DNA of 63,803 nt, filler included, from Welwitschia mirabilis (Eukaryota): NCBI GenBank assembly GCA_051453625.1. It is 6 parts of one record of this genome, joined end to end, with 100 filler letters (N's around TTAATTAATTAA, not from the genome) between each part and the next. Parts side by side here need not be neighbours in the genome. Positions count along the whole stretch, not along the records: positions 1 to 15,402 come from JBOZIK010000001.1; positions 15,503 to 46,258 come from JBOZIK010000001.1; 4 more parts are not named here. One strand, given 5' to 3'. Below, piece after piece: positions 12,550-27,600 of this stretch. Positions within the stretch are counted from its first letter, which is position 1. Each line of letters opens with the position of its first letter. The notes under the pieces were generated by a model that worked only from the letters and a program-made list of their open reading frames with translations, was not told where the DNA came from and made no database searches. The position numbers and the translations under genes were made by a program.

Positions 12550-15402
12550 ACCATTTTACTATAATCTATTTAGTCATAAGTGTCACTACCCAGGTGACTA
12601 GCATTGTCGGTCATTTCGATAAAAATGGTATAAAGCTACATTCTAAAACTACCATGACAAAGTAATTAAATTTTAGTTTTGGTCTTAATGAATTATTATA
12701 TAAAAACAACAGATCATTTCAATGACATATGGGAGTAACACAAATGATATGTAGCAGTGACATGTGACAATGACATGTGTAATGGCATGAGAGACACATG
12801 TTAATCATATCAAATGGTAAAAACATCATGATTCAAAGGCCATATTATAACCATTTTAATAAGAAAATGAAGAGCCTACTTAAGGCTATATAACAAAAAT
12901 TACAACCAATCAAATTATAACTGTTCAAATTATAACCATCATTAAGCACTATGAGCCAAAGGCTTCTAAAATTTTCAACTCTGTTCTCACATATAAAAGG
13001 GTTTTAAGCCCTCATTTGTAGAGATCTTTTATTAATGAAAGTAGTGAAAATACTTAGAGCATCACCTATTAACATGGATTTCTAAGCACATCTTTGAGAG
13101 TAGACTTATTCTAAGGCTAGTTCAAGGAGGTTGTATTAACTACATCTAATTTTTTCAACGTAATGTATTTTTCCATTTTGATGAAAGAGTAGTTGTCCAT
13201 TTTTTATTTTAAGTCACGAGTAGCCTTGTACTTATAATGCTTAAGTAAAACTACACTATTAAGTTCTTTTGATAATGAATTACATTCTTTAAGTTATTTT
13301 ATTTATTATAGTTACTTTTATTTAATGGATCTTAATTAAATTAGCCATTACTTTCCAAGTTTATGTAAGGCTATGAATGACCAAAGTGATTTATGAATTC
13401 GCTAAAACTTATGTGATGAATGAGATTATGTTTCTATGACTTGAGCTATTATGATTTAATAATTTAAGCCTTATTTCAAGACATTATAGGATATTGTTGG
13501 AGTAAAGGTATACTATTAGATAAGTTGAGCCAGATCTTTAAAGCTCATCAATTTTTCTACTTGATTGATGAAAGATTATTATAATCTCAACTCTTAGTTT
13601 TTATTTGTTTTGATTCATTATAAGTTCAATAATTTTAAATTTATTTTTTTAAGACTTTATCTTAATTATCCCGATGAAAAATGATACTAGGTACTTACTT
13701 AGTTTATTGAAGTTCATTACTAATACTATGAACAGATCTTCATGAATAGATTCTAGTGGCATTACTAGTGATAATGGCATAATAGATTCTTAGAATGAGT
13801 ATAATTTTTCTTTCTTAAAATTTATAGTTTATTTTTAAAATTTTTCAGCACTTGCAATGGTTGATACTAGTCCTCTTTAATGATATCCAAACTAGTTTTC
13901 TTTTCTTTTAATTTTTATAATGCTTTTATTTCTTTCTAGTGGTGGATGCTGGTTCATTTTCAATGATACTCAAACTAAACCTTTTTTGAGTTTGTTTTAA
14001 TTTTTCTACTCTAACATAGAAATCATTTTCATATTAGATATTTTGTGTTATATTTCTAATGAGTTTTTTATAGGTTGCAACCAAAACAAGAATCGAAAAA
14101 AGTGAAAACTACTATAAAACTCACCTTTCTTCATATTTTATTTTTATTTTTTATAAGTTTTATTTTACTAACTAGTTTTTATTCCTATTACATTTTTTTA
14201 TTTTTTGTTAAAAATTCCTAAAATAAAAAGTACTCAGTGTTTATTTCCTTGGGATTTATTTTCAAGTTTGTTGTTATTCTAAATTTTACTACGTTTTTTT
14301 CTAAAATGTCATAATTTGAAAAGTTTTGTGAGAACTTTTTGAACTTTTGAACTTTTTCCTAAAACGCAACTCTCTAAACAACTGGCACAAGCATCTTACC
14401 TAAATGGCACTATTAGCTCTTTTGCAAATTAGCCTTTAAAAATTTAACTGAGATCTTTGTTAAATATTAAAAACCTTTTTAGCTTTTGGACTTCCTCTAA
14501 AATTTGTTAAAATTTGATATGTATTAGATGTAGATGAATTAGATTACTTAATTAGAATTTCATCTAATAAAAACATGAACTCTAACATCAATAGTAATGA
14601 AGAATATAGACCACCATTAAGAAACCAATCTCATAAAGCAATCCATGGAGAATAACCTTTTCAATAGTCTAACCCAAACATCCAACCTGTCTTTCAATGT
14701 CTTTTATACAATAATAATAAACCATGATTGAAGGAGTAATTATTGAAAAACTTGCAAGCTTATTACCTTAGCCAATAGCTAGATTAAAACCCTAGCATGT
14801 CATATAATTAATCTAACTTCTCTAATAATCCCCTAGGAAGACCCTTTAAGACTACTTATGGCCATAATACTTAGGTACCTTATCATGTATAGTCAAATCA
14901 CTAATAGCACATAGATTGAATTTTAATTATTCTAAAATTATATTAGTATGTCATATTTATATCTTAAAATTAAAATATCCCTACCTACATCTAAAATAAT
15001 TTAAGTACATGCTAGCCACTTTTTTACAATTTACCAATAATGTAGATGCCCTTTGATTAACACTCTTCCTATTCTTCCTTAAGTAAAAAGGTCAAGCTTG
15101 GATTTGTACTCATAAATCTTTATTCATTAGGACTTGATTTAACCTTAACAAATATTTTATTTTAAAGTTTTTTTCTATGTTATACAACTAATGATTTGAG
15201 ATGAGAAATCATGAACTATCAATAGAAATATTACAAGAACTTCTCACAAACCTTAGAAAGGTATAAGAACTTACTTTAGAAATGCCTTAGATTTTAACCA
15301 AGTAGAGTAATTAGTTTTATCTATAATGGATTATCATTAGATAACAGATAACTAGTTGAAATTATAAGTAGGAATAGCTTCTTAAATTCCTCCATAGATG
15401 AA
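12550..15402 (+). mobile_element. 5' part of a family B Athila-type element: LTR ending 13734, decayed PBS 13754-13771, 5' UTR, degenerate gag ~14850-15400
   Basis: The LTR aligns with 17300-18500 and ends ACTATGAACA. PBS reads TAGTGGCATTACTAGTGA. Gag reads KYPYLHLK...DAL*LTLFLFFLK*KGQAW. Left boundary is uncertain. Confidence 0.75.
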
Positions 15403-15446
15403 NNNNNNNNNNNNNNNNNNNNNNNNNNNNNNNNNNNNNNNNNNNN

Positions 15447-15458
15447 TTAATTAATTAA
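15447..15458. other. Artificial scaffold linker TTAATTAATTAA inside a 100-nt N spacer (also 46303-46314, 53809-53820, 58086-58097, 61156-61167)
   Basis: The same 12-mer, with stops in all six frames, is flanked by ~44 N on each side five times. Confidence 0.95.
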
Positions 15459-15502
15459 NNNNNNNNNNNNNNNNNNNNNNNNNNNNNNNNNNNNNNNNNN
15501 NN

Positions 15503-15542
15503 AAAATACCCTATCAAATACACTTAAGTTGACGTCGCAATA
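15503..15542 (-). repeat. Terminal 40 bp of a family A LTR
   Basis: AAAATACCCTATCAAATACACTTAAGTTGACGTCGCAATA matches 2944-2983. Confidence 0.8.
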
Positions 15543-17129
15543 GTGCATGTATCTTTCCCTTTCTACCCTAGAGGTTTAGCTTCATAGCCTTAGGACTAAT
15601 AATAAAGAGCTTTACTCTATGAGGTTTAAATAACTAGTTACCTCAACTAAAATTTAATAATCATAATTTATTTTCACCAAGGTCTGTGATCAACAAGAGT
15701 CTCAGGTTTTACAAGAGTTTAATCACAATAACGTAATCATAATGGATGACAAGAAGATTACTCGAGATTCATAAGAAGATCACAAGACTTGGACTCAATA
15801 AACTATTGAAAGACTCAAATAGATGGAGGTAACTGATTATAAGTTATAAGAATTGTCACATACATACATAATAGCAAGATATGCATATTACATTCATCCA
15901 AGCTATAAAATACAAGATAAAAAGTTTGCAACATACAAGACATGCAAGTATGTAAAAAGGAGATTTATGGATCACACCTGTCTTTAGTGAAATGCATGTG
16001 CTCCTAGAGGAAATCAAACTCCACATGATCAAATTACCAAATATGACTCTAAGAATAAGGGTTTCAAGTATTTATGGTAGGAAACTAATAGTAGGATTGA
16101 TAGTTGAATTAACTTTTAATAAATAGTTTAGGTTTCCTTAATCCTTCCTTTTCAAGTCTGACCACTAGGCATGAACAATTACATAATATCATTTGATAAA
16201 TAATTTTAACTACATGAAATAAATAATCATGAACTAATACTCAAGATTACATGTAATTACGAGTACATGAATAAAATATACTTAAGAAAATAAATTCAAA
16301 TTGTAGTTACAAGAAATCTAAATTTCATAAAAAATTTGATGTTATCTGCATCTAACAATTAGTCATGCATAATCAATATAAATCTCCAAATCAACTAAAA
16401 TTCTAACTAGATAATAACTCTAAGTTAATTTTTAATTAAAGTTATAAATAATATTTTTCATCAACATAAAATTTTCTTATTACTNNNNNNNNNNNNNNNN
16501 NNNNNNNNNNNNNNNNNNNNNNNNNNNNNNNNNNNNNNNNNNNNNNNNNNNNNNNNNNNNNNNNNNNNNNNNNNNNNNNNNNNNNNNNNNNNNNNNNNNN
16601 NNNNNNNNNNNNNNNNNNNNNNNNNNNNNNNNNNNNNNNNNNNNNNNNNNNNNNNNNNNNNNNNNNNNNNNNNNNNNNNNNNNNNNNNNNNNNNNNNNNN
16701 NNNNNNNNNNNNNNNNNNNNNNNNNNNNNNNNNNNNNNNNNNNNNNNNNNNNNNNNNNNNNNNNNNNNNNNNNNNNNNNNNNNNNNNNNNNNNNNNNNNN
16801 NNNNNNNNNNNNNNNNNNNNNNNNNNNNNNNNNNNNNNNNNNNNNNNNNNNNNNNNNNNNNNNNNNNNNNNNNNNNNNNNNNNNNNNNNNNNNNNNNNNN
16901 NNNNNNNNNNNNNNNNNNNNNNNNNNNNNNNNNNNNNNNNNNNNNNNNNNNNNNNNNNNNNNNNNNNNNNNNNNNNNNNNNNNNNNNNNNNNNNNNNNNN
17001 NNNNNNNNGTTTCCTTTACTTTCAACTAGAAGCTAAATTATTTATCATTTAAAAGGAAGTTTTAATATCTAGTTATTTATCAAAGTAACTAAGAAGGGTT
17101 TCTAACCTTGGCAAAACTTTGGATGTGAT

Positions 17130-18500
17130 AATGTTAACATTAAAAATTAACATTCAGATCAAGTTTATTTTAATAATTTAGTTTAGGCAAAGAAATTAAA
17201 ATAGTTATTTTACCATAAAATTATGTTTTCTATTCTTTTTAATATGAATCATGAATTTATGCATTTTTTAATGATAATTTTAGATTATATACAGCATTTT
17301 AAAGGACATACTAAAAAATTAAGTTCATCCACTAAGAAACATTAGAACCACCGTCCAAGTCACTAGAATCACTAGTCCTTTAAAGGAAAAAAATGAAAAA
17401 GTGGAGTTCTAAACTTATCATTGTAAGATAATTAAATTGTGCTTGTGAGCTTAATCAATTAAGATAATTAAATTGTGCTTTTGAGCTTAATCAGTTATCA
17501 CATTTAAAAAAACTAACTTTAATAACATATGATAGCGTGCAAGTAATACTTGTAAGAACATATGATAATGATATATGTGCTATCATTTGAAATACATAAA
17601 AATTAAACCAAATATAGAAAATCATGATCCAAAGACCACATCATAATCATTTTCATAAGAAAAAAAGGAGCCTACTTAAGGTTATGTGATAAAAATTGTA
17701 ACCATCCATATTATAACTGCCTAATTATAACCACCACTAATCATTATAAGCCAAAGGCTTCTAAACTTCTCAAACCTTTCCTTTCTTATAAAAGATCCTT
17801 AAGCCTTCATTTGTAGAGATCTTTTATTGATGAAAGTAGTGTAAATCCTTAGAACATCACATATCAATATGGTTTTTTAAGCACCTTCTTGAAGAGCATA
17901 CTTGCTTTAAGGCCAATTTAAGGAATTTGTATTAGTTTCATCTTCTTTCTTTGATGTAATGTATTTTTTAATTTTAATGAAAGAGTAGTTGTTTAATTTT
18001 TATTTTGAATCATGAGTAGCCTCATACTTGTAATGCTTAAGTGAAATTACATTGTCAAGTTCTTTTGATAACTAAGTAAATTCTTTAATTTAGCTTATTA
18101 GTTATACTTACTTTCATTTAATAGATCTTGAGTACATTAGTCCTTACTTTTCATGCTCATAAAAGGCTATAAAGGATCAAAGTGACTCTTGAATTCATTA
18201 ACACTGATGTGGTAAATGAAATTATGTCATCATGACTTAAGCCATCAAGAATTAATAAGTTGAGCTATTTTTAAAAGTGTGCTATTAGATAAGTCAATCT
18301 ATACCTTTGGAGCTAATCTATCTTCTTACTTCATCAACCAAGGTTTATTATAATCTTAACTCTTGATTTTTATTTGTTTTGATTCATTGCAAGTTGATAA
18401 TTTGATGTTGCTTCTATTAATACTTTATCTTAAATTATCCTTATGGAATAATGATATTGGATAGTTTGCTATTTATTGAAGTTTACTACTACTATGAACA
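17130..18500 (+). repeat. Family B LTR without its internal region
   Basis: Aligns with 12.6-13.7 kb and with the reverse complement of 19.46-20.73 kb. Ends ACTATGAACA, followed by GATTTTG and then unrelated sequence. Confidence 0.8.
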
Positions 18501-18599
18501 GATTTTGATAAACAAAGATCCCTTTTACATAGCTATATTTTGTTACTATATGAAAATAAAAAAATTAAATAATGACTTTTAACACACTCAGTAAGGATC

Positions 18600-19460
18600 T
18601 CATTTTTTTTTAAAGATTAGTTTAACTTCATAGGATCTTCTTACTTGAATGCCACATTCAAGGTTTCTTATTATCATATTTTTCCTCATCAAAATAAATA
18701 GTCTAAATGCAAATTTCATCCACAAAATGAAATTCATCTTGATAAGAATATGGCTATATAAAAATAATAAAACAAGAGGCCACATTGGACTAATAAAAAT
18801 AAGAAGCAAATTTAGAATACTACCACACCTAAGAAGAACAATTATCATTACTTATGATGTGAAAGATAAGGTCATACCACTAACTTCTATAGGATTCCTT
18901 AGGAAAAGATAAATTCTACACCTAATGAAAATGTAGTTACTAAAGGATCTGAATCCTTTGATAATGTTAATAGCTTTAAATATAATATAGTATTTGAAAA
19001 CTTTGACTTTTGTAGTATAAGTGAGTACATATTTCATGACAATACATGGATTTTTAACATAGGTGTAACTTATCATAAGACTTATTGGCTGGTTATTTTA
19101 ATGGCTCCATTAAAATACCAAGTCATGTTTACTTGGCAAACAAAACACTAGTTATTGTAAAAGGATATCATTTAATTATGCTTAACTTGACATAACTTTC
19201 TTTATAAACCATTTCACATGTTCTGTATGTTCCTTTTCTAAGTTCATTTCTTCTATTATTTTTAACTCTATTGCAAGAAGATCACTCTATCTCTATGACA
19301 AATTACTTAATGGATATTTATGATGATAATAAATAACTAGTAATGAATTAATACATAGATGAAAAGCTCACTTATCTTTATGATTGTATTAGAACATGAG
19401 ATATTGCTTCAAAAGAAGAGCTTTTTCCCTTGCTACCATGACATGCTCGACTAGGATATC
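18600..19460 (+). pseudogene. Ty1/Copia gag zinc knuckle, protease and pre-integrase remnant
   Basis: Decayed C..C....GH knuckle at ~18845-18890; WIFNIGVTYHKT (cf. WILDSGATxHMT); VYLANKTLVIVKG; SHVLYVPFL; LP*HARLGY (cf. LWHARLGH) ending at 19460. Confidence 0.75.
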
Positions 19461-22400
19461 TATTCTTTAGTTAGTATAGTCAAATTAAAATAAATTAAAT
19501 AAGACTTATTTTCATTCTTCCATAAGGATAATTGAGATAAACTTAATCAAAAGTTACATAAGATTGCTAAAGTTTTGGGGAAAATCAAAAGTTGAAATTT
19601 GTAATGAACTTTAATCCAACAGGTAGGAAAATGAACATTTCCTAAAGGTATAGCTTACATTATCCAATAAAAGACCTTCACTCTAACGATATCCTATAAT
19701 CTCCTAAAGCATAGCTTAAATTACCAAGTCGTTATAGCTTAGGTTATGATAACATAATTTCATTCATCATATAAGTGTTGGTAAACTTAATAATCACTTG
19801 GTTCTTTATAGCTCTCTCATAAGTATGGAAAGTAAGGACTATGTACTTAAATTTCACCAAATAAAAGTAACCATAGACAACTAACTTAAGTAATTTACTT
19901 AATTATCCATAGCATTTCATAATGTAGTTTTACTTAAGTATTACAAGTATGAAGCTATTCATAACTCAAAATAAAAAATGAACAACTACTCCTTTCATTA
20001 AATAAGGAAAGTAAATTACATCAAAAAATAACAATGAAACTAGTATATAGTCCTCAAACTAGCCTTGAAACAAGTCTGCTTCCAAAAAAGGTACTTAAAC
20101 ATTCATGTCCACTATGACACTCTAAGGAACTCTATTATGTTTTCAAATCAAAGAATCCCTTACAAATAAGGATTTAAGTCCCTTTTATACATGAGTATGA
20201 AGTGGGGGTGATTGAAATTGTTTGGCTTATAGTGATAGGTAAACAATTGTAAGGTCTTTGATATAGCTTTAAGTAGAGTCTTTATCTTCTTACATTAGGT
20301 AAATATTGTTACGATGAGTTTAATGTGTGACCCTTAAATTATGATGTTTTTATTAGCTAATGTAATTATTATGTGTCTCCAACATTGCCTCATGTAACAT
20401 GCCACTATGTGTCTTCTGCAGCACTACCACATGTCATTGAAGATGCTAGTTATTTGTGATGTAATAACTAATTATGCACATAACTACATTTTGATCATTT
20501 TTCCATGATAGTTTCAGAATGTAACTTTTAAAGTGTTCTACTCCAAAGGATTAGTGGTGTCAGTGAATTGAATGGTGGCACTGGTAGTTAAGGTTAGATT
20601 ATTCTCAACTTTAGCATGTCCTTCAGAATGTAGTAATTAGGCTAAAAAGTGTAGAAGACATAATTTTATGGTAGGTAAATTTATCATATAACTTGGTTTG
20701 AATGTCAATTATTATGTGTTAACTCATCTCCTAACTAGACTTTCATTAGACTCTTAGAAAAACATTGATAATAAAATGATCAACATGTAAAAAATTATCC
20801 AAAGAAAAATATTCAATTGTAAAAAATGGTATATCTTTTGAAAATTTTTAACTAGTTTTTAAAAAATAAGGCATCATTATTAAAAAAATTATAGGAAAAA
20901 AGAGATTCCATACCTCTTAACCAAAATTGAACTTTGTCCTCAAAGTTTTAAGATAAAAATATTAATACAATTTTAAGAGCATATCCTTAAGAAATATTTT
21001 TCTCAACATGATTTTTTATTGGTTAAAAAAAAAGATACAAATAAATGCAACTATGCTACAATGGAAAAAAAAAGAAAATTATCTAATAAAATATCATCGT
21101 ATTTAATTTTTTTTTAAAAATGCTAAGTAAAAGGTTAATTCATGATAACCATGATGCCTCATGATGTTATTCCTCATGAAATGCAAATGAATTGGAATGG
21201 ATAATGAGAAGGAAAAATAATAATATGAAAAATAACTAAATCATGTAACCTACGAATAAAAGAGAAAACTTATTATTTTTAGTAGACTTATTATATTTTT
21301 GTGATTTTCAATGGTTCTTGATATCAAATAAGCATAGTATTGGTCAAACAACTTATGAAAATTCAAAAACAAGTAGCAAATTTTAAGTATAAAAGTTGAA
21401 TAAAACAAAACTTAGAAGGTCTCAAGTTTCCATCTTTTCTTTCCATAATTTTACCTTTGATATAAATATATATCTCTCTTGTTTTAAGCATTTTGAATCG
21501 TAGTGAGCATCTAACGTTATGACATTTTCTTCTAACAGAATTAAGCATGTTATTTTATGAAGAAACCAATGTTTCACTACTATCAAGTATTTATAGCTTT
21601 GATGCAATTGATTATGTCATAGGTAGATTATTAGATCTACATTGTCAGTGATTATCCATAGCCCTAATATAGTTAACTAAATTTAATTAAGTAATTAACA
21701 TTAAAATGTGTTTCTAGAGAAGAGATATTATATTTTATTTTTATTCTTCTTTTCATTTTCATTTTTTATGTACATAAAATGGATCATTGATTTATTAGCC
21801 TAATTAAGAAACATCTTATCCCCTTAAAAATGCTTTGGAAATAAGAAATATAATATGAAAGTGAATTATAAATTATCTTACATTTTTTTTAAAATAAAAG
21901 ATCTTAAGTAAACATGATTTTTACACTTAAAGTAAGTATAACTTTTTCTCAAAAACTCATAAGTGTATTTTATCATAACCATTACTTGAAATGATAGCAA
22001 GATTTCTTATTATTAATTTTTATTAAAGGCCATCAACTAGGAACTATGAATTTTATGAATTCATAAGTTGATGAAAGGGGTAAATGATAGTGTTTAAGAA
22101 AATTACCATTGACTATAAATTCTTGATTATTTTTAGGATTGTTATTGAAAAATAAATCATTTAACAATACATATTTTATTACATATGAAACTTTCCACTT
22201 AAAAATTAGTTTATGTCAAAACAAATGTAATCATGAATTATAAGGTAAAACTAGTTTGCCCTCTTAAAACATTTTATTAGGAATGTTTTTATTATGTAAT
22301 TTCTTCATCTTATTAATCTTCATAGTTTCATAAGCATTATTTTTATCTCATTTAGCACATTGATTTGGATAGCCCTTTATTTTCTTGCTACATCAAGATC

Positions 22401-24635
22401 TAAATTCATGTTAGTGATTATTCAATATGCCTTATGTTCAAATTCAAATAATACATGACAAGATTTTCCATAAAATAAACTAAATGGGATCATTTCAAAC
22501 AGTGTCTTATAAGTTATTTAATAAACCTATAAAATGTTATTTATCGTATAAGACCAATCCTTCCTAGTTGAATTTAGTACTTTTTATAGTATGTTTTTTA
22601 TTTCTTTATTATGATGCCAACCTGTTAGCTAGTTTACAAATGATAAGGAGTTGTGACTATACGAGTGATACCATACTTAGTAATAAGAATTTTAAATATT
22701 TTATTATAAAAATAGGTACAACCATCACTTACCGAAACTGAAAGATAACCAAATCTCATTAGAATGTTTTCTTTAAATAACTTCATTATGGTTTTGGCAT
22801 TGTTATATCTATAAGTGCATGCTTCTATCCATTTAATGGCACAATTGATATAAAAAAGAATATACTAATATCAATTCAAAGAAGGATATTCGGCTTGAAA
22901 GTTAATACCTCAAATATCAAAAGGTTTATAAACAAGAATGGAGATCAATGGCATTAACCTAGATTTTGGAAATTTTTTAATGTTTTGCAATAGAGATAAA
23001 TAATCCTTAAAAATGGATGGCTAGTAAAAACCAAAATGAAAAATTTTAATGTAATTTTATTTTTAGTATAATGGTTACTACAAGCCTTAAAGTGGTAATG
23101 CCAAAGAATGTTATGAATTTTTAATTGGGGGATACATCTATGAATAACTTGATTTGGGCAATATCTAAATAGGTGAGGATTGTTCTAAAAGAAATATTTA
23201 TCTTGACTTAAAAATATTTTTTGATTGTTGAAGATTTAATAAGAGAAAATGACCTTGAAAACTAAATAATTTACAATTTCAACAAACCAAGGTATTTTCA
23301 AAATGAAGAAAATGTACTCATTAAGAAATGAAATATCAATGGAAAGGAATTTCTACAAGTTATCCTAAGTTATGCATAAAAGATGATCTTTAATAATATT
23401 AGTAAAACCCTTTTTATCCTTGATTTCTAATCAAATTCCTATAAGAGTAAAATAAATTTAATTAATCTAAGCTTAGAGTCCTTTTCAGTGAATAGGTATA
23501 TGAGGACTAAATGGTCTATGTAGATGATTACCTTATAACCAACAAGATACCACCTAAATTTTTCTAAGAAAAGGACTATGATTAAGAGATCTTTTTCAAT
23601 GATAATATAGTTTAGTTGAGTGTTGCTTATTTTTTTACTTACGTAATAGATTATAGTGTGTTTTTCTGATTTACTCTTTATCCTAACAAACATCAACTGC
23701 ATAATCACTAGCATTGCACATGATTTCAAAGGGTAACTTCCAATTAGATAATTAAATGATAGGTGTTATGGTAAGTTTTTCTTTAAGATCATCAAAAGTT
23801 ACTAACACTTATATATCTAGTTAAAAGAGACATATTTTCTCAAGAGGTTACAAAGGAGTTTAAAAGTTTTACTAAAGTCTTTGATAAACCTCTTATAATA
23901 ACATGCATGCCTAAAAAAGTAATAATATATTTTTGTATTTACAAAGTAGGTAGGTATATAAGTAATAAAAATTTGTTAGGTTTAGCTTGAATTCTCTCTA
24001 AAGAAATAATGTATTCAAAAACTATACCCTTGTTAACCATGAAATGACATTTTTCCTAATTTAGCACAAGGCATTCTTCTATACACTAAGTAAGAATAAA
24101 TTTTAAATTATGATGATAATGATTAAAAGAGGCCCTATTAATAGAGATATAGTCCATGGAAATTTCAACACATAAATCTAATAAATAAATAAAAAATTCT
24201 AAGAATACACCATTAAAATGTAACAGGGGCATTACACAAACTGAATAACATTTGTCCATAAGCCAAGGTTCTATATTGATAGGTAAAAATGATTTTATAT
24301 TAATCATTAGGAGTAATTTATATTTAATTATTTCCTAAATATCTATCTAAAAAATAGTAAAATAATGATCTTACGTTCTCCATTTAACCATGGGCCGGGT
24401 GAGGATAAGTTGATTATGTTTATCTGATGTCATAATAATTTTAGATTTATTTTTTCTACTATTGAGTTAAACTTATCTACTTACTAGTTGAGATTGGATA
24501 AATGATTCCATTATTTAAAAGCTTAATCATGACATTTTTAACTTTCTCTTTCAAGGTTGGATTAATTCTAAATTGTGCTTTGATGAATGATCTAATGTTT
24601 TCTTATAAGTGGATATGATGCATATAAATTCTAGT

Positions 24636-27600
24636 TGATCATAGCTTTATAGTGATTGGGATTTATCTAAGTTTATACTTAAAATCATTCTTTCATAGGG
24701 ATATATGTGGTAACTTTTACAAAAGTGACAAAAATTCTATCTTGCAATGAAAACTCAAAGAAAATAAAAATCAAGATTTGAGAAACAAATGATTTCTAGT
24801 TGATAATCCAAGGGAACAAAAATTTTGTAAGGATCTAACTAGTTTGTCTAACTCTCTATTTTTGCTCTAATGATTTCTATATACTAAACTTAACAATTGA
24901 GTAATCTCACCTAAAGATTGCTAATGATAAAAAAATTATGCAATAATAATGAAAGCGTAAGACATACTTAAGAACTAGTTTTACCTAAATATTACTAATT
25001 CCAAATGAATATCCATTACATCAATGGAGGTGGAGAAGAAAAAGAGCTCCTCAACTAGCCTTAGATCATTCTACCTCTAAGAAAGGTTATCAAAGCATCA
25101 TGATGTTCCAGCCCTAAAGTCTTTTTCATGTTAAGCCAACCAAAAGATGTTTACAATGGATACATAAGGCTCNNNNNNNNNNNNNNNNNNNNNNNNNNNN
25201 NNNNNNNNNNNNNNNNNNNNNNNNGGGGGGGGGCAAGGAAGGTTAAGGGAATTACTTAAAGTTGATTACATAAGAAGGGAGTTATAAATATTTTTAGCAT
25301 GTATCCACAACAAAATATTCTTTGTCTTTTTATGTAAACATGGTGATGATGTGTACTTTGACTACTGATGATGCTACTAACAAATTCTGTATCATGTTTC
25401 TTCCACATGATCATCTTTCTTATCACCACTTCTCACTATGGTGTATTGTCTTATACTTGTGTCATGTGTTTTATCAGATTTGAAGATTTATTAAGGATTA
25501 ATTCTGACTTACATTATAATTCTAATGTTATTATTTCCTCAAACATATTCAAAAACATGAGTTTTGTAATAGTTTACCTTATAAGATTAGCAATGCCAAT
25601 AGTCCTAGCCAATAGCACTAATGTTTAGTGCTAGAATTTAATTAGTTTACACAAAGTATTTGAAGGCCACAATCTACTTGCTTATGTTAAGACAAGTCCA
25701 TAATTTCATGCAAACTTAATGAAAGGACAGAAAACATTAATATTTGACAAAAACATGAATTTAATGTTTTTCTTATGCTAAATTAATTAATCATGTTTGA
25801 TTATAATGTCAATTTTTATGTTCAAACACACCCTTTAACTAGTATTTACTAGTTTCTTAGCAAAAACTTAATGAATAAATGGTGACATAGAAAAATTAAC
25901 TAAGCAAAAATGGAACATATAAAATGATATAACATTTTTAAAAAATTTTAATCAATTTATAATGATTTAAGGCATCAAAATCAAAAAAACATTTATGAAA
26001 ACAAATGCCATACCCACTAACCAAAATTAAACTTTTTTCTCAAAGTTACAAAGATAGAAAATTTTATAAAAGGATTTTGAGAATAAGTTAATTTAATGGA
26101 TAGAAAATGATTTTTATGAATGTATCTGAAAACCACACTAAAAATATGTAAAAAATAGAACATAAAACCTAATGGAAATCCATCAATTCATAAATTAAAA
26201 AAAATTGAATACCTAAGCTGATGGCCATATGTATTAAAAATTTTATTAATTTTATTTGAAATTTGAAAGGATCACAATATCAAACAAATAAGATATCCTT
26301 TAAGTAAGCCTACAACTTAAAAAAAATTAGTTAAACAAATCTTCAAGTCTATAGGTTAAGAAAAATAAACAGAAACTCATCTCTCAATTTTACCTTTTTC
26401 ATTCCAATTTATCTTTTTCTATAATCACCCTTAATTCATTATTTTAAGCATTTTGATCTAATTGAGCATTTAGCGTTATGACATCTCCTTTTAATAGAGT
26501 TAAACATATTAATATATAAAAGAGTTAATATTGCATTTTTAGTGAGCATTTATAGCCCTGATGTAGTTAAAAATGTTACAAATAACTCATCAGAGCTACA
26601 TTACTAATGAGCATTGATAGCTCTAATGTAGTTAGCTAGATCAATTTTTCATTAATCAATAATTAATTTGATTTTTAAAAGTTGATATTTCATTTTCTTT
26701 TCAATCATCCTTCTCATATTCAATAATTTTTTAATGCAAATAAAGGGTTCATTGACTTAATAGCCTAATCTAACTAAATCTTGTTTCCATAAAATACTTT
26801 AAAATAATTAACATATCATAAAGATAGATTTCACCTTAATTCAAAATACTTTTCTATTGGAAGACCTTAATAAAAGCTAAGATTAATAAGTTAACCTAAA
26901 AATAAGCAAACCATTTCTTTAAGGGTCATCAACCAAGATTAGCTACAGGTAAACTTAAATTCTACCTATTTTATAATAATAATGCAATCACTTATTAATG
27001 GTTTATTTCTTTAAGGGTCATCAACCAAGATTAGCTAATGTTAAGAACTTATTGATAGATGGACAGAGGATGGTTAATAGATTTTATTAGGTTGAGATAG
27101 ATGGAGGGTGGGTAAAGATGAAATCTAAGGTGATGATAGTTTACTTGATGTTGTGAATAGTATTTTGGATAGTTTACTTGATGTGGTGGATAGTATTTTG
27201 GATTTCCTACTTGAAAATTTTTAAGGAAGCAATTATAAATGTGAAAGTTCTTAGTTAGTTTAAGACATGAAAGGGTATCAAGCACAAAATTTTTAGCACT
27301 TTTAGTTTTTTCAATTCTTAATTTATTATAAAGGAAGATTTACACTAAAAGAAAAATCTAATCTAAATGCATGCAATGAAACTAAAAATTTTTAGACGGA
27401 TTTTCCAAAAAATTGCATATGTGGTGATGAATACAATGGCTAAATAATGAGTTAACATTAAACAAGGCATTCAAAGATAAGAGAGAATCATGATATATAT
27501 TTATGCACAAATTCATAAAAGATGGAATAACATCAATATTAAAAATTTTAGAGGGATTTTCGAAGGAATTGCATATGTGAAGGCTTAAGGTGGTGAATGA

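Noticed and set aside
17424..17495. 36-bp tandem duplication (and a 27-bp one at ~31764-31816)
   Set aside because: Ordinary local slippage inside dead elements.
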